This document shows positions 1 through 8,277 of a stretch of 64,000 bases of DNA, in pieces. Location of the stretch: assembly GCA_964628685.1 (NCBI GenBank), contig CAZVNM010000005.1, forward strand, positions 136,141-200,140. Reading direction: 5' to 3'. Numbering within the stretch: the first letter of the stretch is position 1; each line of letters starts with the position of its first letter. This DNA is from an uncultured Bifidobacteriaceae bacterium. GTDB lineage: Bacteria; Actinomycetota; Thermoleophilia; Miltoncostaeales; Miltoncostaeaceae. A program made the position numbers and the translations under genes. A model generated the notes under the pieces. It searched no databases and was not told the DNA's origin. It saw only the letters and a program-made list of their open reading frames with translations.

Positions 1-1214
1 TTGTAGGCCACCACGTCGTACTGCTTCGCGACCGCCACCGGGTCGGCGTCCAGGGCGCTTCGCAGGAGACCCAGCCGGATGTCCGGGTGGTGCTTCCTGG
101 CCGACACCAGCACGTCGGTCGAGAACGACTGCACGATCACGCGGTCGGTCACACCCGTGTCGCGGATCATCTGCATCATCCGCGCGACCTCGGCGTCGGT
201 CTCGGGACCCTTGATCTCCAGGAGCAGCTGGCTGCGACCGCGCTTGGTGATGTCGAGCACCTGCTGGAGCGTGGGGACCTTCTGATCGGCGAAGACCGGG
301 TCGAACCAGCTTCCGACCTCGAGTGCGATGATGGCCGACCCGGTGAGGGTGGCGACGTCGCCGGTCCCCGGGGTGGTGCGGTCCACGGTCTGGTCGTGCA
401 TGACCACCGGCACGCCGTCTCTGCTCGTGTGGACGTCGGTCTCCATGTACTCGGCACCGGAGCGGCCGGAGGCCACCAGCGCGGCCAGCGAGTTCTCGGG
501 GTTCACCTGCGAGTAGCCGCGGTGGCCGATCGTGACGGGCAGGTTGCCATCACCCACCACGAGCGACTCGGGCGCGATCTCGGTGACCTTCACGTTGTCG
601 AACGAGACCGTCGAGTTGTCGGCCACGAAGCCGAGCACGCCGTTCTGGCTGCGGTCGATGCGACCCTCGAGCACCTTGGTCCCGTTGAAGTACCAGGTGG
701 TCTTGCCGCCCTGGACGTCGGCGCGCAGCGCCACGTCGCGGCCGGTCGCCGCGTCGCTGGGGGCCGATCCCGCGTACGGGACGTTCCACTGGTTGCCCAC
801 GGTGCGCTGGGCGATCTCGACGCCGTTGGCGGCCGTCGACTGACTGCGCATGACCCCGTGCCACCACGGAACCGAACCCGTGCGGTCGATGTCGAGGATG
901 AGCCCGGCCCATCGGCTGGCGTTGGCCACCCTGTCGAACCGCACCGTGGCCTCGAAGCGGTAGTTGGTGAGGTGCGGACCGAAGGTGATGCGCGAGATCG
1001 CGCCGCCGTCGACGACCAGACGGCCGTCGCGGACGCTCCACGATCCGGAGACGGGGGTGAACCCGGCGGGAAGCGCCGGGCCGTCGAAGTTCTCGGTGAA
1101 CACCACCCGTTCGGGTGTGGACGACGCCGGCGTGCCGGTGAGGGCGTTCGCGGCGAGGGTTCCGGCGGCCACCGCGACGAGCGCGGCGGACGCCAGGATG
1201 CGGGAGGATCGCAT
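1..1214 (-). CDS. Secreted glycerophosphodiester phosphodiesterase with N-terminal DUF1080/LamG-like jelly-roll domain; the 3' end runs off the window
   Basis: Own minus-strand translation from ATG at 1214. Signal peptide MRSSRILASAALVAVAAGTLAANA, then FTENFDG...WSVRDGRLVV jelly-roll, then GDPD motifs IGHRGYS..PENSL and METDVHTSRDGVPVVMHDQTVDRTT. The frame has no stop down to position 1, so it is missing from the ORF track. Confidence 0.8.
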   Translation of the reverse strand, partial: MRSSRILASAALVAVAAGTLAANALTGTPASSTPERVVFTENFDGPALPAGFTPVSGSWSVRDGRLVVDGGAISRITFGPHLTNYRFEATVRFDRVANASRWAGLILDIDRTGSVPWWHGVMRSQSTAANGVEIAQRTVGNQWNVPYAGSAPSDAATGRDVALRADVQGGKTTWYFNGTKVLEGRIDRSQNGVLGFVADNSTVSFDNVKVTEIAPESLVVGDGNLPVTIGHRGYSQVNPENSLAALVASGRSGAEYMETDVHTSRDGVPVVMHDQTVDRTTPGTGDVATLTGSAIIALEVGSWFDPVFADQKVPTLQQVLDITKRGRSQLLLEIKGPETDAEVARMMQMIRDTGVTDRVIVQSFSTDVLVSARKHHPDIRLGLLRSALDADPVAVAKQYDVVAY

Positions 1215-1291
1215 GCAGGCTCCTGGGAGTGGGGGCGAAAGCGCGCTCAGCATCCCAACGGGTCGTGTGTCATGCGGTGAACCACGCGCGG

Positions 1292-2000
1292 CGGTCCGGT
1301 GAACGTCGCCGCGGCGGTGACACTCGCCACAGGCCACGCGGCCAGACCGGCACCATTGCGGGCGTCGGGTGGTGGGTTCCGCCCGGACGTGTCCGGTCGG
1401 TCCGGTGGATGTCGTTGCGCGGCCCTGGCCACGGTCACACGGCCAATCCCCACCCGGTCGAGGGATCTCTCGGGTGATGGGCTTCGGTTCGGCGGTGTCG
1501 AGGCGGTCCGGTGAACGTCGCCGCGGCGTGGCACTGGCCACGGGCCACGCGGTCGACCGCACCCCGTCCGGGGGTCTCGTCGGTTGGTTGGTGCCGGCCG
1601 GGCGGTGTCCAGACGGTCCGGTGAACCCCGCCGCGGGGTGGCACTGGCCACAGGTCACGCGGTCGACCCACACTCGGTTGAGGGGTCTCGTCGCGGTCCG
1701 GTGAACGTTCGCTCGCGTGGCAGTCGCGACGGGCCACACAGCCGACCCGCACCCGGTCCGGAGATCTCGTCGGAGGATGGGTTCGCGTCCCGTATCCAGC
1801 GGTCGGGCGACATCACCGATCACATGACACCCGCCGCCGGCCACGCGGCCAGACCCACATCGGTCGAGGGATCTCGTCAGGTGGCGGGTTCCCGTCCGGC
1901 GGGGTCCGCGCGGTCCGGTGACGCCGCCGTTTGCGTGACACGCGCCGCAGTCCACGTGGCCGGAGCGGCAGCGATCGTGATCCCGCCGGGATGGTGTCCT
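1292..2000. repeat. Degenerate tandem array, about 7 copies of a ~106-111 bp unit
   Basis: Anchor CGGTCCGGTGAAC at 1292, 1398, 1504, 1614, 1694, ~1800 (degenerate) and 1911. Conserved blocks GGCCACGCGGYCGACC and GGTCGAGGGATCTCGTC. The array is intergenic, between the GDPD start and the Nudix stop. Confidence 0.85.
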
Positions 2001-2050
2001 GCCCTTGCGGTGTCCGTCGGCTGGCCGCGTCCCGCCGCGGCCGGCCCGGG

Positions 2051-2785
2051 TCAGTCCTCGAGGACCTCGCGCACGCGCGCGGCGAACGACCAGAGGATCC
2101 GGGCGGTCGCGCCCCAGACGTCCTGACCGTTCAACGGATACCTGAGGGTCGCGATCGTCGGGCGCTCCGGCAGCCGCGCGTCGGCGGCCAGCAGGTCGGC
2201 GACGGTCGGGTCGAAGACGTGGGCGATCTCCAGCATGTCCGGCGCCACGAGGACCGGGCCGTCGGCCACACCGATGAACGGCGTGACCATGAACCCGCTG
2301 ACGTGCGTGAAGACGTCGTCGAGCCTGCCGACGAGGGTGACGGTGTCCTCCGGCACGCCGACCTCCTCACGGGTCTCGCGCAGCGCGGTGACGGCGAGCG
2401 ATGCGTCCTCGGGCTCCAGGCTGCCACCGGGAAGCGAGATCTGGCCGGGGTGGTGCTCCAGGTGGTCGGTTCGCTTGGTGAGCAGGAACCGCGTCTCGCC
2501 GCCCCGGTCGAACAGGAGGATGAGCACGGCGGCAAGACGTGCGTCGTCCGGTGAGACGACCTGTCGCCGGGGGTCGACCAGCACCGGCTGGGGGCGTCCG
2601 TCGCTCGCGACCACGGGACGGTCGAGTGGCGAGCGCAGGCGTGACGCCAGATCCCGGGCGGTGGGAATCGGGTTGATCGGGGCCGTGTGCACCGGTCGAT
2701 TGTAATGGCCGCCCCGCCGTTCGCGACACCGAGGTGGCCGGTGCGGATGAAAAGCGCCCCGGACCCGCGGACGATGCCACGGCAC
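2051..2785 (-). CDS. Nudix hydrolase, CoA pyrophosphatase-like
   Basis: Nudix box GGSLEPEDASLAVTALRETREEVGV, preceded by LLTKRTDHLEHHPGQISLPGG. The true start is probably the GTG near 2692 (VHTAPINP...). Confidence 0.8.
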   Translation of the reverse strand: MPWHRPRVRGAFHPHRPPRCRERRGGHYNRPVHTAPINPIPTARDLASRLRSPLDRPVVASDGRPQPVLVDPRRQVVSPDDARLAAVLILLFDRGGETRFLLTKRTDHLEHHPGQISLPGGSLEPEDASLAVTALRETREEVGVPEDTVTLVGRLDDVFTHVSGFMVTPFIGVADGPVLVAPDMLEIAHVFDPTVADLLAADARLPERPTIATLRYPLNGQDVWGATARILWSFAARVREVLED

Positions 2786-2830
2786 CCGCCGGACACCGCG
2801 ACCGTCGACCGCGGGCTACCCTTGGGGCGC

Positions 2831-3484
2831 ATGAGCGACGCACTGCAGGCACTGGCCACCGACCTCGAGCGCGCCCGCGACCGCGCGCAGGAGGCGTTCG
2901 GAGGGGCCGTCGGCGGGGTGCGGGCGGTCGAGGTGGCGCCGATCGGGCGTCACTACCTGTGCGCGCTGGACGACGGTCGCGTCGCCTTCCTGGACGGATC
3001 GTTCGACCCGGTCGCCGACGAGGAGGTCCGTCGGCAGGTCGCGGCGGCCGCCCTGGCGGTCGAGCAGGTCGAGGAGATGATCGACGCCGCCGAGTGCGAC
3101 ATGGTCGCGAGCATCGCCCCGCGGGTCGCCGAGCTCGTGGACGACGACGCCATCGCCCGGAGCGTCCGGGCGCTCGCGGCGGCCACCGCCGATCTCGGAC
3201 GTTGGCGCGCCGACCCGATCCGCGCGCTCGCCACGATCGACGCCCTCGACGGGGCGGCCGCGCTCCACACCACCGCCCACACCGCGTTTCAGCTGTTCGT
3301 GGCGGTCACCGAACCGCTGGTGTCGGTGCAGCACACGCTGTCCGACGACCTCGTGCGGGCACTCGGGGACCTGGAGAACGCCTGCGGCCGGGCGGGGATC
3401 TCCGGATCGCTCGCGGGCGCGATGGGCGCGGCCATGGACGGCATCCTCGAGGGCGCCGACGAGCTCGCGGCACGCAACGCGTGA
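2831..3484 (+). CDS. Hypothetical protein (Ala/Asp-rich, helical)
   Basis: Track ORF 2687..3484. The internal ATG at 2831 (MSDALQALATDLERA) avoids overlap with the divergent Nudix gene. No recognisable motif. Confidence 0.5.
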   Translation: MSDALQALATDLERARDRAQEAFGGAVGGVRAVEVAPIGRHYLCALDDGRVAFLDGSFDPVADEEVRRQVAAAALAVEQVEEMIDAAECDMVASIAPRVAELVDDDAIARSVRALAAATADLGRWRADPIRALATIDALDGAAALHTTAHTAFQLFVAVTEPLVSVQHTLSDDLVRALGDLENACGRAGISGSLAGAMGAAMDGILEGADELAARNA

Positions 3485-3606
3485 GCGGGCCGATCACGGG
3501 ACGCATCGCGGGGGTGGTGCGTGGACCGTCCACCGGCACATCGGCGCGTCGGCGACGGATCACACACACGGGCTCGCCGGCGGACGCGTCCGTCCGCGGA
3601 CCGGCC

Positions 3607-4047
3607 TCAGTCCTCGTCGTCCTCCGTGGGACCCTGCGCGATGAACTCCAGGAGGTCGTCCACCGTGAACCGTCCGGACTGCATGGAGGCCACGAGGCCG
3701 TAGACGGTGGGGGAGTGCGGCCGGTCGAGCACGTACTCGCGCATCGCATCGGTGGCGTCGGCGTCGATGCGCTGCAGGAGCTCATCCGCACGCTCAGTCG
3801 CCTGCACGCCCTGCCCGCGCACGGTCACCCAGCCGCGCTGGCTGAGGCGCCGTGTCATCTCCGCCACCTCTTCGGGCTCGGCCTCCAGCACCATCGCGAG
3901 CGCCGAGACGCCCATCGGCTTGCCGGCGGCGACGAGCTGTCGCAGCACCAGGTAGGTGCCGGCCGACAGGCCGTTCTGGTCGACCGTGGTGTCGAGCACG
4001 CCCGCCAGTTCGGTGAGGAGCGCGATGTCGTCCGGGGACCGGTACAC
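3607..4047 (-). CDS. MarR-like winged-helix transcriptional regulator
   Basis: LSAGTYLVLRQLVAAGKPMGVSALAMVLEAEPEEVAEMTRRLSQRGWVTV resembles a MarR wHTH. GTG at 4047 sits 1 nt from the stop of the upstream gene (4049), suggesting coupling. Confidence 0.55.
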   Translation of the reverse strand: MYRSPDDIALLTELAGVLDTTVDQNGLSAGTYLVLRQLVAAGKPMGVSALAMVLEAEPEEVAEMTRRLSQRGWVTVRGQGVQATERADELLQRIDADATDAMREYVLDRPHSPTVYGLVASMQSGRFTVDDLLEFIAQGPTEDDED

Positions 4048-4048
4048 G

Positions 4049-4375
4049 TCAGGGGCCGGTCCGGTGGGCGGGCGCCGGGCGGAGCGTCTCGTAGGTGGCC
4101 CCGAACCAGATGCGTCCGGTGATCCCGAGGCTGTCGACGATCCTGAGCGCCGACTCGACCAGGCCGGCGGTCGCGCCGCGCCCCGCCGTGTTGGCGACGG
4201 TGATCTCGAAGTCATGCAGCGCGCGCTCGCGGACGGGGCGGGCGTTGGCCCGTGCCAGGGCCACCCGTGCGTCGGTCAGGCGGTGGGGATCGTCGACGGT
4301 CAGGTAGCACTCGAAGAAGGACCAGTCGTCGGCCTGTTCGTCGAGCAGTGCGCGGAAGTCGTCGGCGTAACCCAT
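4049..4375 (-). CDS. Hypothetical small protein, co-transcribed with the MarR-like gene
   Basis: 108-aa ORF with normal composition (MGYADDFRALLDEQADDWSFFECYLTVDD). No recognised family. Confidence 0.45.
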   Translation of the reverse strand: MGYADDFRALLDEQADDWSFFECYLTVDDPHRLTDARVALARANARPVRERALHDFEITVANTAGRGATAGLVESALRIVDSLGITGRIWFGATYETLRPAPAHRTGP

Positions 4376-4458
4376 CGTCGGGAGGCTACCACCAGGCCCA
4401 CGCGGATCCGTCCGATCGACGACGTGTCGCCTCTCATTTCCCGGGGAGGTGGTTGCGC

Positions 4459-4983
4459 GTGAACACCCGGGCGCATCCGGTCCAGGTGGTCGTGATGGGT
4501 GTGAGCGGGGTGGGGAAGTCGAGCGTTGCGCGGGCGATTCGGGACCGCACGGGGTGGGCCTTCGTCGAGGCCGACGACCTCCATTCGCCGACGAGCATCG
4601 CGAAGATGACCGCCGGGCAACCGCTGACCGCCGAGGATCGCCGGCCGTGGTTGCTGACCATCCGCGACCGCATGCGTGGCCTGATCGCCGCCGGTGATCC
4701 CGCGGTCATCACCTGCTCGGCGCTCCAACGGGTCCACCGGGACCTCCTGCGCGAGGCCGGACCGCAGGTCTTCTTCCTGCATCTGGTCGCCGACGAGGCG
4801 ACCCTCGCCGAACGCGTCCGCAGGCGACACGACCACTTCATGCCGCCGTCCCTCCTTCGCAGCCAGTTCGAGACGCTCCAACCGCTGGAGGACGACGAAC
4901 CGGGGGTCGTCATCTCCGTGGAGTCGCCGTTTGCGCAGGTGCTCGCGGAGAGCCTGGCGGCACTCGGCATCCCGCCGCGGTAG
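4459..4983 (+). CDS. gntK: Gluconokinase (P-loop kinase, GntK/IdnK family)
   Basis: P-loop VVVMGVSGVGKSSVA and DDLHSPTSIAKMTAGQPLTAEDRRPWL signature. The in-frame GTG at 4459 gives a typical ~174-aa size. Confidence 0.75.
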   Translation: MNTRAHPVQVVVMGVSGVGKSSVARAIRDRTGWAFVEADDLHSPTSIAKMTAGQPLTAEDRRPWLLTIRDRMRGLIAAGDPAVITCSALQRVHRDLLREAGPQVFFLHLVADEATLAERVRRRHDHFMPPSLLRSQFETLQPLEDDEPGVVISVESPFAQVLAESLAALGIPPR

Positions 4984-5306
4984 GAGGGAGGCGCTCCATG
5001 AGCGGCCTCCGCGGGTGCGCCCCGACGTGGAAACGTCGCCGGGGCGGTCCCGAGCGGCTGACCGCGCCGGGTGCCGGTCCGCTCCCATCCGCGGTGCTCT
5101 GCGGTGCGCGAGGGGGGTGGGGCAGATGCTGATCGCCGGCTGTGGCAATGAGTTCGACTCGGTGGTGGAGAACGTCGCACCGTCCACCGCCGCGACGGCG
5201 GGCCCCGGTCCGTCGGATGCATGGGCTGGAGGTCCCGGGGCGGGCGACATGCGGTCCGACCCCGGACCGCGTCGTCGCCGCCGCGTCGCTTGCTACCGTT
5301 CCGCAC

Positions 5307-6398
5307 ATGGTCGACACACTTCTGGCTCGCGCAATGGACGGTGAGCGCATCAGCGCCGCCGAGGCCGTCACCCTCTACAACGAGGCGCCCCTGGAGGATC
5401 TGGGCCGCGCCGCGGATGCCGCCAGCCGCCGCCGGCACGGCGACGAGGTGACCTACAACGTCAACGCGCACCTCAACCCCACGAATATCTGCGTCGTGGG
5501 CTGCGGTCTCTGCGCGTTCGCGGTGTGGACCGAGAAGGACGAGCGCGCCTACGCCTACAGCGTCGACCAGCTGGTCGACCGGGCCACGACCTACACCGAC
5601 CTCGGCATCACCGAGCTCCACATCGTGGGCGGCATGACCCGCGAGTACAACCTGGAGTACTACGAGGACCTCTTCCGCGAGCTCAAGGCCGCGCTTCCCC
5701 AGGTGTCGCTGACGGCGCTCACCGCCGTGGAGGTCGACTTCCTGGCCCGCCTGGCCAAGATCAGCTCGCAGGAGGCGCTCGAGCGCACCATCGCCGCCGG
5801 CCACGACACCATGCCGGGCGGCGGGGCCGAGGTCTTCAGCGCCCGCGTGCGCAAGATCATCGCCGGGCGCAAGGTGCCCGCCGAGACGTGGCTGCAGGTG
5901 CACCGCGAGGCCCACGGCCTGGGCCTTCGCACCAACGCGACCCTGCTCTTCGGCCACTTCGAGACGCCGGACGAGCAGGTCGAGCACATGCAGCTCCTGC
6001 GCGACCTGCAGGACGAGACCGCCGGCTTCCAGGCCTTCATCCCGCTGCCGTTCCTGCCCGGCAACACCGAGTTCGCCTATCTGCCCGGGCCGTCCCGGGA
6101 GGAGAAGCTCCGCACCATCGCGGTCGCGCGGCTCTTCCTGGACAACTTCCCGCACATCAAGGGCCACTGGGTCATGCTGGGCGAGGAGATCACCTCGGAG
6201 GCCCTCACCTACGGTCTGGACGACCTCTCCGGCACCCTCACCGAGGAGCGCATCGCGCACGCCACCACGGTCGACACGCCGCTGGGCCTCACCCAGGACC
6301 GCATCCGCCAGCTCGTCACGTCGGGCGGCAAGATCCCGGTGGAGCGCAACACGCTCTACGGACGGGTGGAGCGGGACAAGCTGGCCGCCACGGCCTGA
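5307..6398 (+). CDS. Radical SAM enzyme of the futalosine menaquinone pathway (MqnE/MqnC family; CofH-like fold)
   Basis: CxxxCxxC cluster in NPTNICVVGCGLCAF. C-terminal FIPLPFLPGNTE and GLDDLSGT motifs are typical of the Mqn/CofH group. ATG at 5307 (MVDTLLARAMDGERIS). I cannot separate MqnC from MqnE by eye. Confidence 0.75.
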   Translation: MVDTLLARAMDGERISAAEAVTLYNEAPLEDLGRAADAASRRRHGDEVTYNVNAHLNPTNICVVGCGLCAFAVWTEKDERAYAYSVDQLVDRATTYTDLGITELHIVGGMTREYNLEYYEDLFRELKAALPQVSLTALTAVEVDFLARLAKISSQEALERTIAAGHDTMPGGGAEVFSARVRKIIAGRKVPAETWLQVHREAHGLGLRTNATLLFGHFETPDEQVEHMQLLRDLQDETAGFQAFIPLPFLPGNTEFAYLPGPSREEKLRTIAVARLFLDNFPHIKGHWVMLGEEITSEALTYGLDDLSGTLTEERIAHATTVDTPLGLTQDRIRQLVTSGGKIPVERNTLYGRVERDKLAATA

Positions 6399-6534
6399 CT
6401 GGCCCGGTGAGGTGAACGCCTCGGATGTCCCCGCCCCGCGGGGCATCGGCGGCGTGCATCGGGTGATGCCGGGGCGCCCCGCCGGGTCCGTTATGGGCGG
6501 CCGGTGACGGGTCTCGTCGGATACCCCGAGGCGG

Positions 6535-7420
6535 GGCACGCGCGGGGCACCGACTCATGGAGATGCCTCGCGGGCAACGCCTGCGTTCCGGCTCCACGCA
6601 AGCCCGGTGCCTGACACCTAGCTTGCATCACCCCGGCCCCGGATGACGGGAAGGGTGAGCCCACGCGGGGCACCGACACATGGTGATGCCTCGCGGGCAA
6701 CGCCGGCGCTTCCAGGAATCCGGCTCCGCGCAAGCCTGGTGCCTGGCACGTAACTTGCATCACCCCGGCCTCATCGGACGGGAACGGTGAGTCCACGCGG
6801 GGCGGCGACGCCTGGAGGATGCCTTACCGGGGAACGCCTGCGCTCCGGCTCCGGCTCCGCGCAAGCCTGGTGCCTGGCACGTAACTTGCATCACCCCGGG
6901 CCTCATCGGACGGGAGCGGGTGAGTCCACGCGGGGCACCGACACATGGTGATGCCTCGCGGGCAACGCCGGCGCTTCCAGGAATCCGGCTCCGCGCAAGC
7001 CTGGTGCCTGGCACGTAACTTGCATCACCCCGGGCCTCATCGGACGGGAGCGGGTGAGTCCACGCGGGGCACCGACACATGGTGATGCCTCGCGGGCAAC
7101 GCCGGCGCTTCCAGGAATCCGGCTCCGCGCAAGCCTGGTGCCTGGCACGTAACTTGCATCACCCCGGCCTCATCGGACGGGAACGGTGAGTCCACGCGGG
7201 GCGGCGACGCCTGGAGGATGCCTTACCGGGGAACGCCTGCGCTCCGGCTCCGGCTCCGGCTCCGCGCAAGCCTGGTGCCTGGCACGTAACTTGCATGACG
7301 CGGGGCGCGCCCGGATGACGGGAAGGGGAGCCCATGCGGGGCACCGACACATGGTGATGCCTCGCGGGCAACGCCTGCGCTCCGGCTCCGCGCAAGCCCG
7401 GTGCCTGACACACGGCTTGC
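6535..7420. repeat. Tandem array, 7 copies of a ~131-137 bp structured unit (5 near-identical, 2 degenerate end copies)
   Basis: Box TGGCAC at 6744, 6875, 7009, 7143 and 7280 (periods 131, 134, 134, 137). Degenerate TGACAC at 6612 and ~7406. Two alternating unit variants. Internal inverted repeats GGTGATGC...GCATCACC, CGCGGGGCA...TGCCTCGCG and GCAAG...CTTGC. Confidence 0.9.
6744..7294 (+). promoter_or_regulatory. Five exact matches to the sigma-54 -24/-12 consensus (CTGGCACG-N4-TTGCA), one per repeat unit; function unproven
   Basis: CTGGCACGTAACTTGCA at 6743-6759, 6874-6890, 7008-7024, 7142-7158 and 7279-7295. All are on the + strand and point into the 3' end of a convergent gene. Confidence 0.2.
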
Positions 7421-7449
7421 GTCATCCGGGCACAGGTTGCCCGGATGAC
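7421..7449. terminator. Perfect 12-bp stem hairpin between convergent genes
   Basis: GTCATCCGGGCA-caggt-TGCCCGGATGAC, located 10 nt before the stop of the minus-strand permease gene. Confidence 0.6.
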
Positions 7450-7458
7450 CCGAACGGC

Positions 7459-8277
7459 TCAGTCCAGGCTGCGGTAGCGCGTTCCCAGGTGGCACAGCCA
7501 GACCATCACCAGGCACCAGCCGAGCGTCAGCAGCACCGACCCGATGCCCGCCACCTGCAGCGGCACCGGCAGGTCGTTGATCTCGAACTGTGGCGCCGCG
7601 GGACCACCCACCCCACGGTTCTGCATGTCGACGATCATGGGGGATGGGATGGCCCGGGCCAGGATGTTGTAGGCGATGTGGATGGACGTCGTTGCGTTTC
7701 CCATGCGTCCCACGTCGGCCGCCGCCTCCAGGTTGACCACCGCCTGGACCATGATGTTGGCCATGAGGCCGATGATCGCCGCCACGGCCGGACTCAGCAC
7801 GGTGCTGGCCGCGGCCGCCACCAGCATGGTGAACCCGAGGGTCTCGAAGCTCGCCAGGGCATGCACGATCAGGGGCCCGTCGATCCCGCGGCCGAGCGCG
7901 AGCGAACCCGCCATCGCCGCCACGGTCCACACCGCGAAGCCCGCGGCGAGGGCGGCAAGGCGCGAGGCCACGCGTCCCAGGGCGATCGCACCGCGGGGGG
8001 CCCCAGAGGCCGCCAGGAGCCCCAGGTTGCGTGAGCGGTTGGAGTTCCAGAACGCGCCGGCCCCCAGGGTGAGCCCCAGGACGAGGCCACCCAGCAGATA
8101 GACCGATGCCATCCCGGCACGAAACGCATCGGCGCGCTCCTGCGCGCCCGACTCGGCAAGGCCCAGGAGCACCGCCGCAAGGACGCCCGCCACACCGAGT
8201 GCGACGAACGCCGTGAACCACCACCTGCGGACGACCGAGGCGAGGTCGGCGCGCATCACCGTCAGCACGTCAGTCAT
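7459..8277 (-). CDS. ABC-2 type transporter permease
   Basis: Multi-pass hydrophobic protein directly downstream of an ABC ATPase, overlapping it by 8 nt. ATG at 8277 (MTDVLTVMRADL). Confidence 0.7.
   Translation of the reverse strand: MTDVLTVMRADLASVVRRWWFTAFVALGVAGVLAAVLLGLAESGAQERADAFRAGMASVYLLGGLVLGLTLGAGAFWNSNRSRNLGLLAASGAPRGAIALGRVASRLAALAAGFAVWTVAAMAGSLALGRGIDGPLIVHALASFETLGFTMLVAAAASTVLSPAVAAIIGLMANIMVQAVVNLEAAADVGRMGNATTSIHIAYNILARAIPSPMIVDMQNRGVGGPAAPQFEINDLPVPLQVAGIGSVLLTLGWCLVMVWLCHLGTRYRSLD

Noticed and set aside
87-1280. 397-aa plus-strand ORF covering the first 1.2 kb
   Set aside because: It has Arg/Gly/His/Val-rich low-complexity composition with no motif. The opposite strand encodes a clearly recognisable signal peptide, jelly-roll and GDPD protein. 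It is an antisense shadow ORF typical of high-G+C DNA.
4434-6539. 701-aa minus-strand ORF
   Set aside because: It is antisense to the gluconokinase and the Mqn radical SAM gene, both of which have clear motifs. The product is Arg/Gly/Pro-rich junk.
6535-7420. CRISPR array interpretation of the tandem repeats (also for 1292-2000)
   Set aside because: The units are contiguous with no unique spacers. The unit length is far above CRISPR repeat size. No cas genes are in the window.
6491-7425. Four minus-strand ORFs encoding repeated peptides (MQVTCQAPGLRGAG...) and the ORFs at 1229..2126
   Set aside because: They lie entirely inside tandem DNA repeats whose periods (131-137 bp and 106-111 bp) are not multiples of 3. 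The peptide repeats therefore drift between frames, and this is not coding sequence.
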